DNA from: Acidimicrobiia bacterium
GTDB taxonomy: Bacteria; Actinomycetota; Acidimicrobiia; Acidimicrobiales; CAIXPF01
Reading direction: 5' to 3'
DNA length: 56,848 nucleotides
Assembly: GCA_009377505.1 (NCBI GenBank)
Contig: WHTX01000001.1
Span: 1 to 56,848 of the forward strand
The stretch's first letter is position 1; every line of letters starts with the position of its first letter. The notes beneath the pieces are model-generated. The model saw only the letters and a list, made by a program, of their open reading frames with translations. It ran no database searches and was not told where the DNA came from. The position numbers were made by a program, and so were the translations under genes. Shown here piece by piece: positions 27,424 through 37,818 of the stretch.

Positions 27424-28887
27424 GTGAGCACCAACGAGGACCGAGGCGGAGGGCCCACGGCCATGAGCGAGCTCGACTTCCAGAGGGGCACGGTGGCGGA
27501 CCTGGCCGAGCGGGTGCGCCAGCGAGAGCTGTCGGCCCGGGAGGTCACGGCCCACGCCATCGCCCGCCTCGAGGCGCTCGACCCGCAGGTCAACGCCTTC
27601 GTGGCCTGGGACGGCGAGCGGGCGCTGGCCGAGGCCGCGGCCCTCGACGAGCGGTCGGCCCGGGGCGAGGACGTCGGGCCGCTCGCCGGCGTCCCCATCG
27701 GGGTGAAGGACCTCGAGGACGCCGCCGGCTTCCGCACCACCTACGGGTGCAAGCTCAACGTGGCCGACCCGCCCGCCGAGTCGGACTCGCCCCTCGTCGC
27801 CCGGCTGCGCCGAGCCGGCTGCGTGGTCCTCGGCAAGACGAACACGCCCGAGTTCGGCCACAAGGGCGTCACCGACAACCCGGCCTTCGGGGCGACCGCC
27901 AACCCATGGTCCCTCGAGCACTCGGCCGGTGGCTCCTCGGGCGGCACCGGTGCGGCCATCGCCGCCGGCATCGTCCCTCTCGGCACGGGCTCCGACGGGG
28001 GCGGCTCCATCCGCATCCCCGCCGCCGTCTGCGGCCAGACGGGCATCAAGTGCTCCCAGGGCCGGGTGCCCCTGGGAGGCCCCCACCCGCCGGGCTCGGG
28101 GATCCTCTCGGTCAAGGGGCCGATGGCCCGCACCATCCGTGACGTCGTCCTCGCCCTCGGCGCCGTGGTCGGGCCCGTGGCCACCGACGTCTTCTCCCTC
28201 GACGCCCCTGCGCTGAGCTGGGTCGACGCCGTCGACCTGTCGGCGGCGCCCCCGGTCCGGGTGGCCTGGTGCCCGACGCTCGGCTACGGCGAGGTCGACA
28301 GCGAGGTGCTTGCCGTCTGCCAGGGCGCCGTCGACCGCCTCGCCGAGCTCGGGACGGAGGTGGTGGACCTCGGCGCGGTGTGGACGGAGCCGCCCCTCGA
28401 CCCGTGGCTCACCATGTGGCTGGTCCAGCGGGCCAAGGTGCACGCTCACCTGCGGGGCACGCCGGCATGGGGTGAGCTCGGCGAGAGCCTGCGGGCCCAG
28501 GTCGAGGCGGGCGCGGAGATCGACGGCGTCACCTACGCCCGGGCCATCGACGCTGCCCACCTGCTCAACGTGCAGTTCGAACGGGCCGTGGCCGAGGTCG
28601 GCGCCTCCCTCGTCCTGTGCCCGACCCTTGCCGGCTTCGTGCCCCGCCTCGACGCCGGAACCGAGGGCACGATCGACGGGGTGACGACCTCGAACTGGGT
28701 GCAGTACACCTTCCCGTTCAACCTGACCCGGAACCCGGCGGGGACGGTCTGCGCCGGCCTCTCCCGGGCGGGCCTGCCCGTCGGCCTCCAGGTCGTCGGC
28801 CGCCAGCGCGACGACCTCGGCGTGCTCGGCGCCCTCGTCGCCCTGGAGGACGCCATCGGCTTCGCGGCCGTGCCTCCCCTCAGCTGA
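27424..28887 (+). CDS. amidase (amidase-signature family)
   Basis: 'GGSSGG' signature, 'KDLED' catalytic Lys region and 'GSDGGGSIRIPAA'. Confidence 0.85.
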   Translation: MSTNEDRGGGPTAMSELDFQRGTVADLAERVRQRELSAREVTAHAIARLEALDPQVNAFVAWDGERALAEAAALDERSARGEDVGPLAGVPIGVKDLEDAAGFRTTYGCKLNVADPPAESDSPLVARLRRAGCVVLGKTNTPEFGHKGVTDNPAFGATANPWSLEHSAGGSSGGTGAAIAAGIVPLGTGSDGGGSIRIPAAVCGQTGIKCSQGRVPLGGPHPPGSGILSVKGPMARTIRDVVLALGAVVGPVATDVFSLDAPALSWVDAVDLSAAPPVRVAWCPTLGYGEVDSEVLAVCQGAVDRLAELGTEVVDLGAVWTEPPLDPWLTMWLVQRAKVHAHLRGTPAWGELGESLRAQVEAGAEIDGVTYARAIDAAHLLNVQFERAVAEVGASLVLCPTLAGFVPRLDAGTEGTIDGVTTSNWVQYTFPFNLTRNPAGTVCAGLSRAGLPVGLQVVGRQRDDLGVLGALVALEDAIGFAAVPPLS

Positions 28888-30031
28888 GGGTGGGGCGTGC
28901 CAGCTTCAGCTCGGGGAGGCCGAGGAAGCGGCGGGCGTTGTCGTGGATCACCGCGGTCCGCAGGTCGGGCTTGGCCAGCTCGTCGAAGGTGGCGTCGAGC
29001 TCGGCGAGGGCGCCGGGGTAGGTGCAGTCGTAGTGGGGGTAGTCCGAGCCCCAGACGACCGTGTGGGCGAGGCCGAGGTCAGCGAGCTGGGCCAACGCCT
29101 CGCCCTCGCCGGCCTCCATGGTCACGAAGCACTGCTCCGACCAGATCTCGGTCGGGTCCCGCTTGAGCGTGGGCACGAGGTGCCCCATGGACTCCTTGTG
29201 CTCGTCCAAGCGGTCGAGCCAGTAGGGCAGCCAGCCGAGGCCCGACTCGAAGAAGCCGACCCGCAGCCCGGGGTGCTTGTCGAGCACGCCGGAGGCGACG
29301 ACCTCCATCACGCAGGCCATCTGCTCGAAGGGGTGGCAGACCATGTGGACGAAGAACTGGTTGGCGTAGCGGGTGCGGGCGAAGCTCGACATCTTCGAGC
29401 CGAAGCTGCCGTGGACGGCCACCGTGAGGTTGGCGTACTCGGCCGCGGACCAGACCCGGTCCATGTCCTCGGAGTAGAGCTCGAGGCCGTTGTAGCGCTC
29501 GGGGCGGAAGGTGATGCCGGAGAGCCCGAGGTCGGCCACCCGCTCGATCTCGGCGACGGACGCGGCGACGACCTGGAGGGGGCAGACGGCGATGCCGAAG
29601 AGCCGCTCGGGGTCGGTGGCCACGAAGTCGGCCATCCAGCTGTTGTAGGCCCGGGCGGACGCCGCGGCGACCTGGCCGTCGGCGATGTCGCCCGATACCA
29701 GGTAGAGCGAAGGGAAGCAGACGGCGTGGTCGAGGCCCTCCTCGTCCATCACCTCGAGGCGGGCGACGGGGTCGTAGCTGCCGGGCAGGATCTGGTCCCA
29801 GGTGGCGGCCTGGTTGCCGTACATGCCGGGGATGCAGGCCGGTGCCACGTTCATGCCGAGGTCGACGCCGCCGGCGAATCCGGTCTCGTGGCCGTCAGGG
29901 TGCCGGTGGACCTGCATCACCAGGTCCCGGAACGCGGGCTCGGCGTACTCGCGCCAGACGGCCGGAGGTTCACAGATGTGGGCGTCGGCGTCCCACACCG
30001 CCACCCGAGCGTCGTCGCCTGTGCTCGTCAT
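28880..30031 (-). CDS. amidohydrolase-2 (ACMSD/TIM-barrel metal hydrolase) family protein
   Basis: 'VWDADAHICEP' N-terminal His motif and C-terminal 'VVWGSDYPHYD'. Start is either ATG 30031 or GTG 30055. Confidence 0.75.
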   Translation of the reverse strand: MTSTGDDARVAVWDADAHICEPPAVWREYAEPAFRDLVMQVHRHPDGHETGFAGGVDLGMNVAPACIPGMYGNQAATWDQILPGSYDPVARLEVMDEEGLDHAVCFPSLYLVSGDIADGQVAAASARAYNSWMADFVATDPERLFGIAVCPLQVVAASVAEIERVADLGLSGITFRPERYNGLELYSEDMDRVWSAAEYANLTVAVHGSFGSKMSSFARTRYANQFFVHMVCHPFEQMACVMEVVASGVLDKHPGLRVGFFESGLGWLPYWLDRLDEHKESMGHLVPTLKRDPTEIWSEQCFVTMEAGEGEALAQLADLGLAHTVVWGSDYPHYDCTYPGALAELDATFDELAKPDLRTAVIHDNARRFLGLPELKLARPTLS

Positions 30032-30301
30032 GTCGCGATCTTGCCAGCTCCGCACGTGACGGGCGCCACGGACTCGGCGAGGGCCAGGTCAGCGACGGCT
30101 CGCCCGCTGCTGCTGGATGCGGCGGTACAGGTAACTGCCCGCGGCGGCGATCAACGCCCGCTTCACCCATCGTCCCAACATGGCCTGGGGCCTACCCCCG
30201 AGCTGGTCGGCCCGAACCGGCCTGCTGGCGAGGCCGGCGGGGGCGGGCGGCGCCCGAATTCGGTGACGACTTAGCTAGGATACCGGGCTAAGGTCACCAG
30301 G

Positions 30302-30544
30302 GTGAGGACGGTCGTAAACATGCACGAGGCCAAGTCCCAGTTGTCACGCCTCATCGCTCTGGTCGAGCGGGGCGAGGAGGTCGTGATCGCCCGCCACGGT
30401 GAACCGGTCGCTCGCCTCCTGCCGGCGGACCCCCTCGGACGCCGTGAGCCGGGCAGCGGGCGGGGCACGGTCCACTGGCTCGACGAGGATTTCGAGCTCG
30501 ATGCAGACGAGCTGGACGCGTTCGAGGCGCCCCTCGAGCGGTGA
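30302..30544 (+). CDS. type II antitoxin, Phd/YefM family
   Basis: 'MHEAKSQLSRLIALVERGEEVVIARHGEPVARLLP' is the classic Phd/YefM N-terminus. GTGA overlap with the PIN toxin gene. Confidence 0.8.
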   Translation: MRTVVNMHEAKSQLSRLIALVERGEEVVIARHGEPVARLLPADPLGRREPGSGRGTVHWLDEDFELDADELDAFEAPLER

Positions 30545-30927
30545 CTGGCCTCCTGCTCGACACGCATGCCTTCGTGTGGTGGGTGGCCGACGACGACCGT
30601 CTCTCGATGACGGCTCGTGAGGCCATCGCCACCGAGCAGACGGTCGAGGTGAGCGCGGCGTCCCTGTGGGAGCTCGCTATCAAGGCTGCGCTGGGCAAGA
30701 TCCGCCTCGCCAGCCCGGCGGGCACGTGGTTCGCGCGTCACGCCGCGGCCAATCGCTTCGACGTGCTCGGCCTCGAGCTCGGCCACCTCGCCGCCGTCGA
30801 GCACGTCCCCAAGCACCACCGCGACCCCTTCGACCGGGTGCTGGTCGCCCAGGCCCGGGCTGAGGGGCTCACGCTGGTGACGGCGGATCCCTGGGTCGCC
30901 AAGTACGACGTCGGCCACCTGTGGTAG
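30541..30927 (+). CDS. vapC: PIN-domain ribonuclease toxin (VapC)
   Basis: 'LLLDTHAFVWW' (first acidic residue), 'SLWELAIK' and a C-terminal 'RDPFDRVLVAQA...LVTAD' PIN motif. Confidence 0.8.
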   Translation: MTGLLLDTHAFVWWVADDDRLSMTAREAIATEQTVEVSAASLWELAIKAALGKIRLASPAGTWFARHAAANRFDVLGLELGHLAAVEHVPKHHRDPFDRVLVAQARAEGLTLVTADPWVAKYDVGHLW

Positions 30928-31004
30928 CGGCCAGACTCCGCACATGACCGGCCCGATCGCTACGAACCTCGCCCTGGCCAAGAAGTACGAGGCCGGCGCA
31001 CAGT

Positions 31005-32642
31005 TCACACGTATGTTGAGCCCTTCATCTCGCCCTCGTCCTGGCGCATCTCTACGTTGACGAGGGCGGCCTTGCCCGAGGCCAAGGCCCGCTCCAGGGC
31101 GGGGCGGATCTCGTCGGGCTCGGTGACGTGCTCGCCGTGGCCGCCCATGGCCTCGACGATCTTGTCGTAGCGGGTGTAGCTCAGCTTGGTGGCGACGATG
31201 CGGTCGGTGCCGTACACCACGGACTGGGGGCGCAGCATCTGGCCCCAGGCGGCGTCGTTGCCGACCACGCCCACGATGGGCAGACCGAAGCGCACGGCGG
31301 TGTCGAACTCGAAGCCGTTGAGCCCGAAGGAGCCGTCGCCGTAGACGATGAGCACCCGCTTGTCGGGGTGGGCGATCTGGGCGGCCAGGGCGAAGGGCAT
31401 GCCCACCCCGAGCGTGCCGAGCGGCCCCGGGTCCATCCACGCGCCGTTGCGGGGCACCCGGATCACCTTGGAGGCCTGGGCCACGATGTCCCCGCCGTCG
31501 CCGATGACGATCATGTCGTCGGTGACCACGTCGGCGATCTCCCGGCACAGCCGCAGCGGGTCGATGGGCACCTCGTCCGAGCTCAGCTGGGCGACGAGCG
31601 CCGCCTCGGCCTCGGCCTCCTTGGCCCGCAGCTCGGCCGCCCGGGCCGAGAAGTCCACCTTGACGTCGGCCTCGGCCATGGCCGCCAGCAGGTCGGCCAG
31701 GGTGGCGCCGAGGTTGCCGGCCAGGCCGACGTCGACGGGGCGGTTCTGCCCGATCAGCACCTCGTCGAGGTCGAGCTGGACGACCTTGGCGCCCTGGGGG
31801 ATGGAGCGCCCGAAGCGCATGCGGAAGTCGAGGGGGGTGCCGGCCAACAGCACCACGTCGGCCTCGGCGAGGGCCTGGCCCCGGGTGCGGTTGAAGAACT
31901 GCGGGTGGTCCATGGGCAACAGCCCCCGGGCCATGCCGTTCGTGTAGCAGGGGATGCCGGTGGCCTCGACGAACTCACGCAGCTGCGCCCCGCCCTCGGA
32001 CCACTTGAGCGACGTGCCCGCCATGACGAGGGGGCGCTCCGCCCCGGCCAGCAGGGTCACGGCGCGCTCCACGTCGGCCCGGGGCGCGGCGTGCTTGACC
32101 CGGTAGTCCCGGAAGGGCGGCAGGTAGGCCTTGGCCTCGTCCACGGGGCCCGAGAGCACGTCCATGGGGATCTCGAGGAAGGCCGGGCCGGGCACGCCCG
32201 AGAGCGCGGTGCGGACGGCCTGCTCGACGTACTCGCCGATGCGGCGGGTCTCGTAGCAGGCGTCGGCGAACTTGGTGATGGGCCGCATGAGGGAGACGTG
32301 GTCCATCTCCTGCAGCGAGCCTCGGCGCAGGTTGTTGAAGGGGCCCTGCCCACCGAAGACGAGGATGGGCGAGTTGGCCCGCCAGGCATTGGCCACGCCG
32401 GTCACACCGTCGGTGACGCCCGGCCCGGCGGTGACGATGGCCACGCCGACCTTGCCCGGGTGCAGGCGGGCCCAGGCGTCGGCGGCGTGCACGGCGGCCT
32501 GCTCGTGGCGCACGTCGACGACCTTGATGCCCTCGTCGAGGCAGCCGTCGTAGATGGCCATGACGTGCCCGCCCGAGAGCGTGAACACGCACTCGACCCC
32601 TGCGGCCTTCAGCGCCTTGGCGGCGAGCTGTCCCCCGTGCAT
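31005..32642 (-). CDS. thiamine-diphosphate-dependent enzyme (acetolactate synthase large subunit / oxalyl-CoA decarboxylase-like)
   Basis: ATG 32642 follows AAGGGGAG. 'GVECVFTLSGGH', 'HEQAAVHAADAWAR' and the TPP-binding 'GDGSFGLNGFEFDTAVR...NDAAWG'. Confidence 0.85.
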   Translation of the reverse strand: MHGGQLAAKALKAAGVECVFTLSGGHVMAIYDGCLDEGIKVVDVRHEQAAVHAADAWARLHPGKVGVAIVTAGPGVTDGVTGVANAWRANSPILVFGGQGPFNNLRRGSLQEMDHVSLMRPITKFADACYETRRIGEYVEQAVRTALSGVPGPAFLEIPMDVLSGPVDEAKAYLPPFRDYRVKHAAPRADVERAVTLLAGAERPLVMAGTSLKWSEGGAQLREFVEATGIPCYTNGMARGLLPMDHPQFFNRTRGQALAEADVVLLAGTPLDFRMRFGRSIPQGAKVVQLDLDEVLIGQNRPVDVGLAGNLGATLADLLAAMAEADVKVDFSARAAELRAKEAEAEAALVAQLSSDEVPIDPLRLCREIADVVTDDMIVIGDGGDIVAQASKVIRVPRNGAWMDPGPLGTLGVGMPFALAAQIAHPDKRVLIVYGDGSFGLNGFEFDTAVRFGLPIVGVVGNDAAWGQMLRPQSVVYGTDRIVATKLSYTRYDKIVEAMGGHGEHVTEPDEIRPALERALASGKAALVNVEMRQDEGEMKGSTYV

Positions 32643-32846
32643 GCGCGATCTCCCCTTGGTGGTGGGCGTCTCCGGCCCACCGTAGTGACCCGGCGATGAC
32701 CCGGGCCGGGCTGCCGTGCCCTCCGCTGGTGGTCGGTGCGCAGGCCTGCCTCGCCGATCGGCGCCGTGAGGCGAGCCGGCCGGTGTCAGCAGCAACCGTG
32801 CGGGCAGAGTCACACACCATTCTGTAGGCGATCGCTCATCCAGTGG

Positions 32847-34046
32847 CTAACCGGCGTGGGCGGGTTGTGGCGGAGTGGTGTCCCAGCGTCGGATGACGTG
32901 TTCGGTGCCATCGGTCCGACGGGTGACGGGTTTGCCGTCATCGATGGTGATCCGCCATCGCTTGCGGTGGATGAAGGTGTGGTGGCGCCGGCACAACAAG
33001 GCGCCGTTGTCGGCACTCGTCGTCCCGCCGTTCTCCCACTCGTCGCAGTGATGGACATCGCACCAGCCCGGCGGCCGGTCGCAGCCCGGGAAGCTGCACC
33101 CGCCGTCACGGAAGGTGACGGCCCGGCGGATCCCCGTCGTCCAGCGGCGGCTGTCCCGGCCGATGTCGATTACCTCGCCCTCAGCCCCCACCACGACCCG
33201 GAACGCCGGCGAGTCGCAGCCGGCGAGACCGAGGCCGTCGTACTGGTCGAAGGGAACGACCATGGCGACCCGGTACCGGTCCGGGACCGACGCTTCTGAG
33301 GGTTCGCGGCGCATGCCTTGGCAGGTGAGGTCGAGCAGCGCCGCTGCCCGCACCTGGGACGCCACCAGGGGCACGGAAGGGTCCCCGTCCCGGGCGGCGC
33401 GCAGGTACCGGTCGACCTCGACGTCGAGCGCCGCGTTCAACAGGTCGCCCGACTCGGGCGAGAAGCTCGCCCGCAGCTCCCACCGCCCGTCGAGCGTCTT
33501 GGACAGGAACGCCTCATCCACGGGGCCCGGGCCCGGGCCCGGCGTTGGCTCCGGCGCGTCCGCATCGGACGCGCGGTCCTCCCAGTGGCGGGCGGCCACA
33601 CGGAACGCCGCGGCGTCGAGCTCGACCGCCTGGCCGACGAGGAGGTCCTGGTCCCGGGCCGCGAGGTCGCCATGACGGCGGGCGCAATCGCCCAGGGCGC
33701 CCACGTGATCGGGGGACAGCAGCCCCGCACGCGCTGGTGGCGTCGCTGACGGCAGCTGCCGCAACGCGGCCCCGGCCCGCACCCGCGCCCGCAGCGACGG
33801 CTTCGCTGAGCCCGTGCTGCCCGCCGCCCAGCCCGCCCCTGACAACGCCCCATCGGCGGCCCACACGCCGCGGCGGTGGAACTCCTCGAGCCCCACCGCC
33901 GACAATGTGTATACCGCATTCAACAACGCCTCCATGTCGACCACGAACCCCGCCAGCTTGTCATCACACAAAGCCGACACGTCAACCGCGGCCAGCTCTT
34001 CACAGATCGACCTGACATCAACGTCGCCACCCGCCGCCTCGAGCAC
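32847..34046 (-). CDS. DUF222 / HNH endonuclease ('13E12-repeat'-type protein)
   Basis: C-terminal 'CSFPGCDRPPGWCDVHHCDEWENGGTTSADNGALLCRRHHTFIH' HNH motif, preceded by the long helical DUF222-like region typical of actinobacterial copies. Confidence 0.8.
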   Translation of the reverse strand: MLEAAGGDVDVRSICEELAAVDVSALCDDKLAGFVVDMEALLNAVYTLSAVGLEEFHRRGVWAADGALSGAGWAAGSTGSAKPSLRARVRAGAALRQLPSATPPARAGLLSPDHVGALGDCARRHGDLAARDQDLLVGQAVELDAAAFRVAARHWEDRASDADAPEPTPGPGPGPVDEAFLSKTLDGRWELRASFSPESGDLLNAALDVEVDRYLRAARDGDPSVPLVASQVRAAALLDLTCQGMRREPSEASVPDRYRVAMVVPFDQYDGLGLAGCDSPAFRVVVGAEGEVIDIGRDSRRWTTGIRRAVTFRDGGCSFPGCDRPPGWCDVHHCDEWENGGTTSADNGALLCRRHHTFIHRKRWRITIDDGKPVTRRTDGTEHVIRRWDTTPPQPAHAG

Positions 34047-34191
34047 ACCAGTAGCATAGCACAGTTAGATGGTCAGGTCCCACTCTTTATCACAAATCCT
34101 CGGCGCGCGTCCCGGCACATGGTCAACACTTCTCCCGGACCAGTTGACCACACTGCCCAACAGCGCCTCACTGCTACACATCCGAGCGGCT

Positions 34192-35439
34192 TCACCTCTG
34201 GCTGAGCACCACCCGCAGCCGCCATGAGGCGAGCCCGAGGAGGACCACGGCGATGGCGGCGAGCACGCCCAATTGGGCGAGCACGTCGAGGAGGCCGCCG
34301 CCGTCGCGCAGTACGGCGAAGGCGTCGAGCGCCCAGGCGTGCGGCGTCACCTTCGAGACCGTCTGCAGGGTGGGGGAGAAGAGCTCGGTCGGGAGCATGC
34401 ACCCCCCGAGTGCACCGAGCGTGAGACCGCCGAGGATCGAGGCGCCGGTGACGGTGCCCTCGTCCGACAGCACGGCGCCGAGCAGCATCCCCGCCCCGGC
34501 GCCGACCGCGCCGAAGGCCACGAGGACGAGGACCGCGCCCGGGAGGTACCCCCAGCCCACATCGAACACGACGGTCGACACCACCAGGATCCACGCCCCC
34601 TGGGCGAGGGCGACGAGCCAGCGGCCGGCGGCTTCGCCCGTCACGATCGTGCGGGTCGACGTCGGGGTCGCGAGCATCCGCTCGGCGATCCCGGATCGAC
34701 GGCTCTGCACCATGGGGACCGCGCTCACCAGCGTGAAGAGGAACACCATCAGCACCAGTTGCTGGGCAGCACCGCCGGCGAAGCGGCCTCCGGCGGTCTC
34801 GAGCTCCTCGCCGGCGGGGCCACGGACCTCCACCCGGGCCCGGGCCACGTCCTCGGCCGCCGTCGCGACGGTGGCTCGCACCTCGGCGTCCGCCGGCGCG
34901 CCGGGTGGGCCCACGAGCTCGGCGGCGAGGCTGGGCACGAGGGCGTGTTCGGCGAGCACGCCTTGGACGAGGGTCCGCAACGACCCGCTCGAGCCGTCCG
35001 GCTCGGTGACGACGACGACCTCGAGCGGCGCGCCCGAGGCGAGGACGGCGTCTGCGTCCGGCGGCACCACGACCCCGAGCGCGAGCTTGCCGGCGCCCAC
35101 GTCGCGGCGGGCCTCCGCCTCGTCCTCGACCACGGCCACGTCGACGGCGTCGCTCGACCGGAGTCCCTCCACGAGCGCGTCCGCCACGGGGCCGGTGCCG
35201 GCGACGCCCACGTCGGGCCGGTCCTCGCCGCCGAACTGGGTGCCGATCAGGTAGACGAAGACGATCGGCACCAGCAGCATCGGTACGAGGTTGCTGCGGT
35301 CCCGCACCAGCCTCACCAGGTTGGCCCGGGCGATGGCCCCCACCTTGGCGAGGTCCACGCCGCGGCTCGCTCCGCTCGGGCGGTTCGCTGCGCTCGGTGT
35401 TCCCCGCTCTCCGCCGCTCGGGCGGTTCGCTCCTCTCAC
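34192..35439 (-). CDS. ABC-2 type exporter permease (start uncertain: GTG 35439 or GTG 35358)
   Basis: The N-terminal helix is followed by a large extracytoplasmic loop, and the C-terminus carries a cluster of TM helices. This is the ABC-2 topology. The first 27 codons of the long form consist of the junction repeat. Confidence 0.75.
   Translation of the reverse strand: MRGANRPSGGERGTPSAANRPSGASRGVDLAKVGAIARANLVRLVRDRSNLVPMLLVPIVFVYLIGTQFGGEDRPDVGVAGTGPVADALVEGLRSSDAVDVAVVEDEAEARRDVGAGKLALGVVVPPDADAVLASGAPLEVVVVTEPDGSSGSLRTLVQGVLAEHALVPSLAAELVGPPGAPADAEVRATVATAAEDVARARVEVRGPAGEELETAGGRFAGGAAQQLVLMVFLFTLVSAVPMVQSRRSGIAERMLATPTSTRTIVTGEAAGRWLVALAQGAWILVVSTVVFDVGWGYLPGAVLVLVAFGAVGAGAGMLLGAVLSDEGTVTGASILGGLTLGALGGCMLPTELFSPTLQTVSKVTPHAWALDAFAVLRDGGGLLDVLAQLGVLAAIAVVLLGLASWRLRVVLSQR
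35359..35439 (-). repeat. two tandem copies of the 38-44-nt operon-junction repeat
   Basis: Minus strand reads GTGAGAGGAGCGAACCGCCCGAGCGGCGGAGAGCGGGGAACAC followed by CGAGCGCAGCGAACCGCCCGAGCGGAGCGAGCCGCGGC. It begins on the GTGA stop/start overlap. Confidence 0.9.
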
Positions 35440-36581
35440 GGGGCCAGCCGGCGGCGGGCGAGGACGAGGCCGGGCGCACCGAGCACGAGGGTGAAGCCGG
35501 CGAGGGCAGCCACGGCGGGCAGCGCCGCCGTCCAGGGCGCGTCCCCCGCCAGGGAGCGCAGCCCCTCGTAGAACCAGCGGTGCGGGGTGAGCCGGCTCAG
35601 CAGCCCGACCAGCCCGCCGTCGGGCAGGGGGACGAGGCCGCCGCCGAGCACCGCCAGCACCACGGCGAGGCTCGACTGCAGGCTGGCGGCCGCTTCCGGT
35701 GTGCGTGCCGAGCCGGCGACGAGCAGCGTCAACGCCGCCGCCGTGACGGACAGGGCGACGACGAGGGCCACCACGCCGAGCGGCGCCCCCCAGTCCGCGC
35801 CCAGGACCAGCGCCATGGCGAGGACGAGCACCATCACCGACGCGACGCCGAGGACCACGCTGACGAGGATTTTCGCCACGATGACCGAGGACCGTGGGAT
35901 CGGCGCGGCGAGCAGGCGCGCCAACGTGCCGTCGCGCCGCTCGTCGAGGAGGCTGTTCACGCCGAGGAGCGAGATGATGAAGAGGAACAGGCTGGCCATG
36001 GCAGCAGCGATCTGCGCCCCGGCGTCGAGGCGTTCCTCGGCGTCACGGTCCACGAGGGCCACCGCTGGCCGGGTGGCCGGTGGCGGGGGGGCGACGTCGA
36101 GGGCTGCCGCCGCGGCCGCGCCGATCCTCTCCCGATCGCTCTCCCGGGCGAACCCCTCGACCACGGCGCGGACGATGCCGACCGAGGTGGGCGCGTCGTC
36201 CTCGCCCACGACTCCGATGACGGGCGGCTCGGCCCCTCCCGCCGCCGCCCCGAAGCCCGCCGGGACCTCCACGACTGCGGTGAGGTCGCGGTCCCCGAGC
36301 GCCTCGGCCGGGTCGGTGCCGCGTTCGAGGCGGGTCACCTCCAAGAGGCCCTCGTCGTCGAGCCCGTCGAGGAGGTCGCCCAATCGGGCGCTCGCCTCCG
36401 AGCGGTCCTCGTCGAGGTAGCCGACGGGGACGTCGAGACGCCCCGAGGTCACCCCCCCGAAGACGAGGTTGAAGACGAAGGCCAGAACGAGCGGCGTGAT
36501 GATGCCCATGACCAGGAAGAAGCCGTTGCGCAGGTTCCGCCTCAGGTCCTTGACGAGGATCAGCCACACGGCCCGGCTCAC
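35436..36581 (-). CDS. ABC-2 type exporter permease
   Basis: 'WLILVKDLRRNLRNGFFLVMGIITPLV' is a typical ABC-2 N-terminus, and topology matches the paralog downstream. Confidence 0.8.
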   Translation of the reverse strand: MSRAVWLILVKDLRRNLRNGFFLVMGIITPLVLAFVFNLVFGGVTSGRLDVPVGYLDEDRSEASARLGDLLDGLDDEGLLEVTRLERGTDPAEALGDRDLTAVVEVPAGFGAAAGGAEPPVIGVVGEDDAPTSVGIVRAVVEGFARESDRERIGAAAAAALDVAPPPPATRPAVALVDRDAEERLDAGAQIAAAMASLFLFIISLLGVNSLLDERRDGTLARLLAAPIPRSSVIVAKILVSVVLGVASVMVLVLAMALVLGADWGAPLGVVALVVALSVTAAALTLLVAGSARTPEAAASLQSSLAVVLAVLGGGLVPLPDGGLVGLLSRLTPHRWFYEGLRSLAGDAPWTAALPAVAALAGFTLVLGAPGLVLARRRLAP

Positions 36582-36663
36582 GGTGCCCCCCGCTCTCCGC
36601 CGCTCGGGCGGCTCGCTGCGCTCACGGCCCCCCGCTCTCCGCCGCTCGGGCGGTTCGCTGCGC

Positions 36664-36667
<4 letters not shown>
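36582..36667 (-). repeat. two tandem copies (42 and 44 nt) of the operon-junction repeat; together a 29-codon GTGA-to-GTGA mini-ORF (36578-36667)
   Basis: Minus strand reads GTGAGCGCAGCGAACCGCCCGAGCGGCGGAGAGCGGGGGGCC followed by GTGAGCGCAGCGAGCCGCCCGAGCGGCGGAGAGCGGGGGGCACC. The first GTG overlaps the ATPase TGA. The terminal TGA overlaps the permease GTG. Confidence 0.9.
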
Positions 36668-37641
<974 letters not shown>

Positions 37642-37801
37642 ATTGCGGCGGTGGGGGCCCGGTCAGCGGCCGGAGCGGGCCCTCTGGCCGTACCACCCCC
37701 GAAGGTTCCTGCACCGTGGCGGTGCAAGATCCTTCGCGGTTCGCCTCGCCGGGGCGATCCGCGGCCCGCCCACCGCGGATCCCCAGACCGCCCGTCAGCT
37801 G

Positions 37802-37817
37802 GGGAGGCGCGCCTCCC
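37802..37817 (-). terminator. GC palindrome directly after the HpaB-family stop codon
   Basis: GGGAGGCGCGCCTCCC, which folds as a 6-bp stem with a CGCG loop. Confidence 0.35.
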
Positions 37818-37818
37818 G

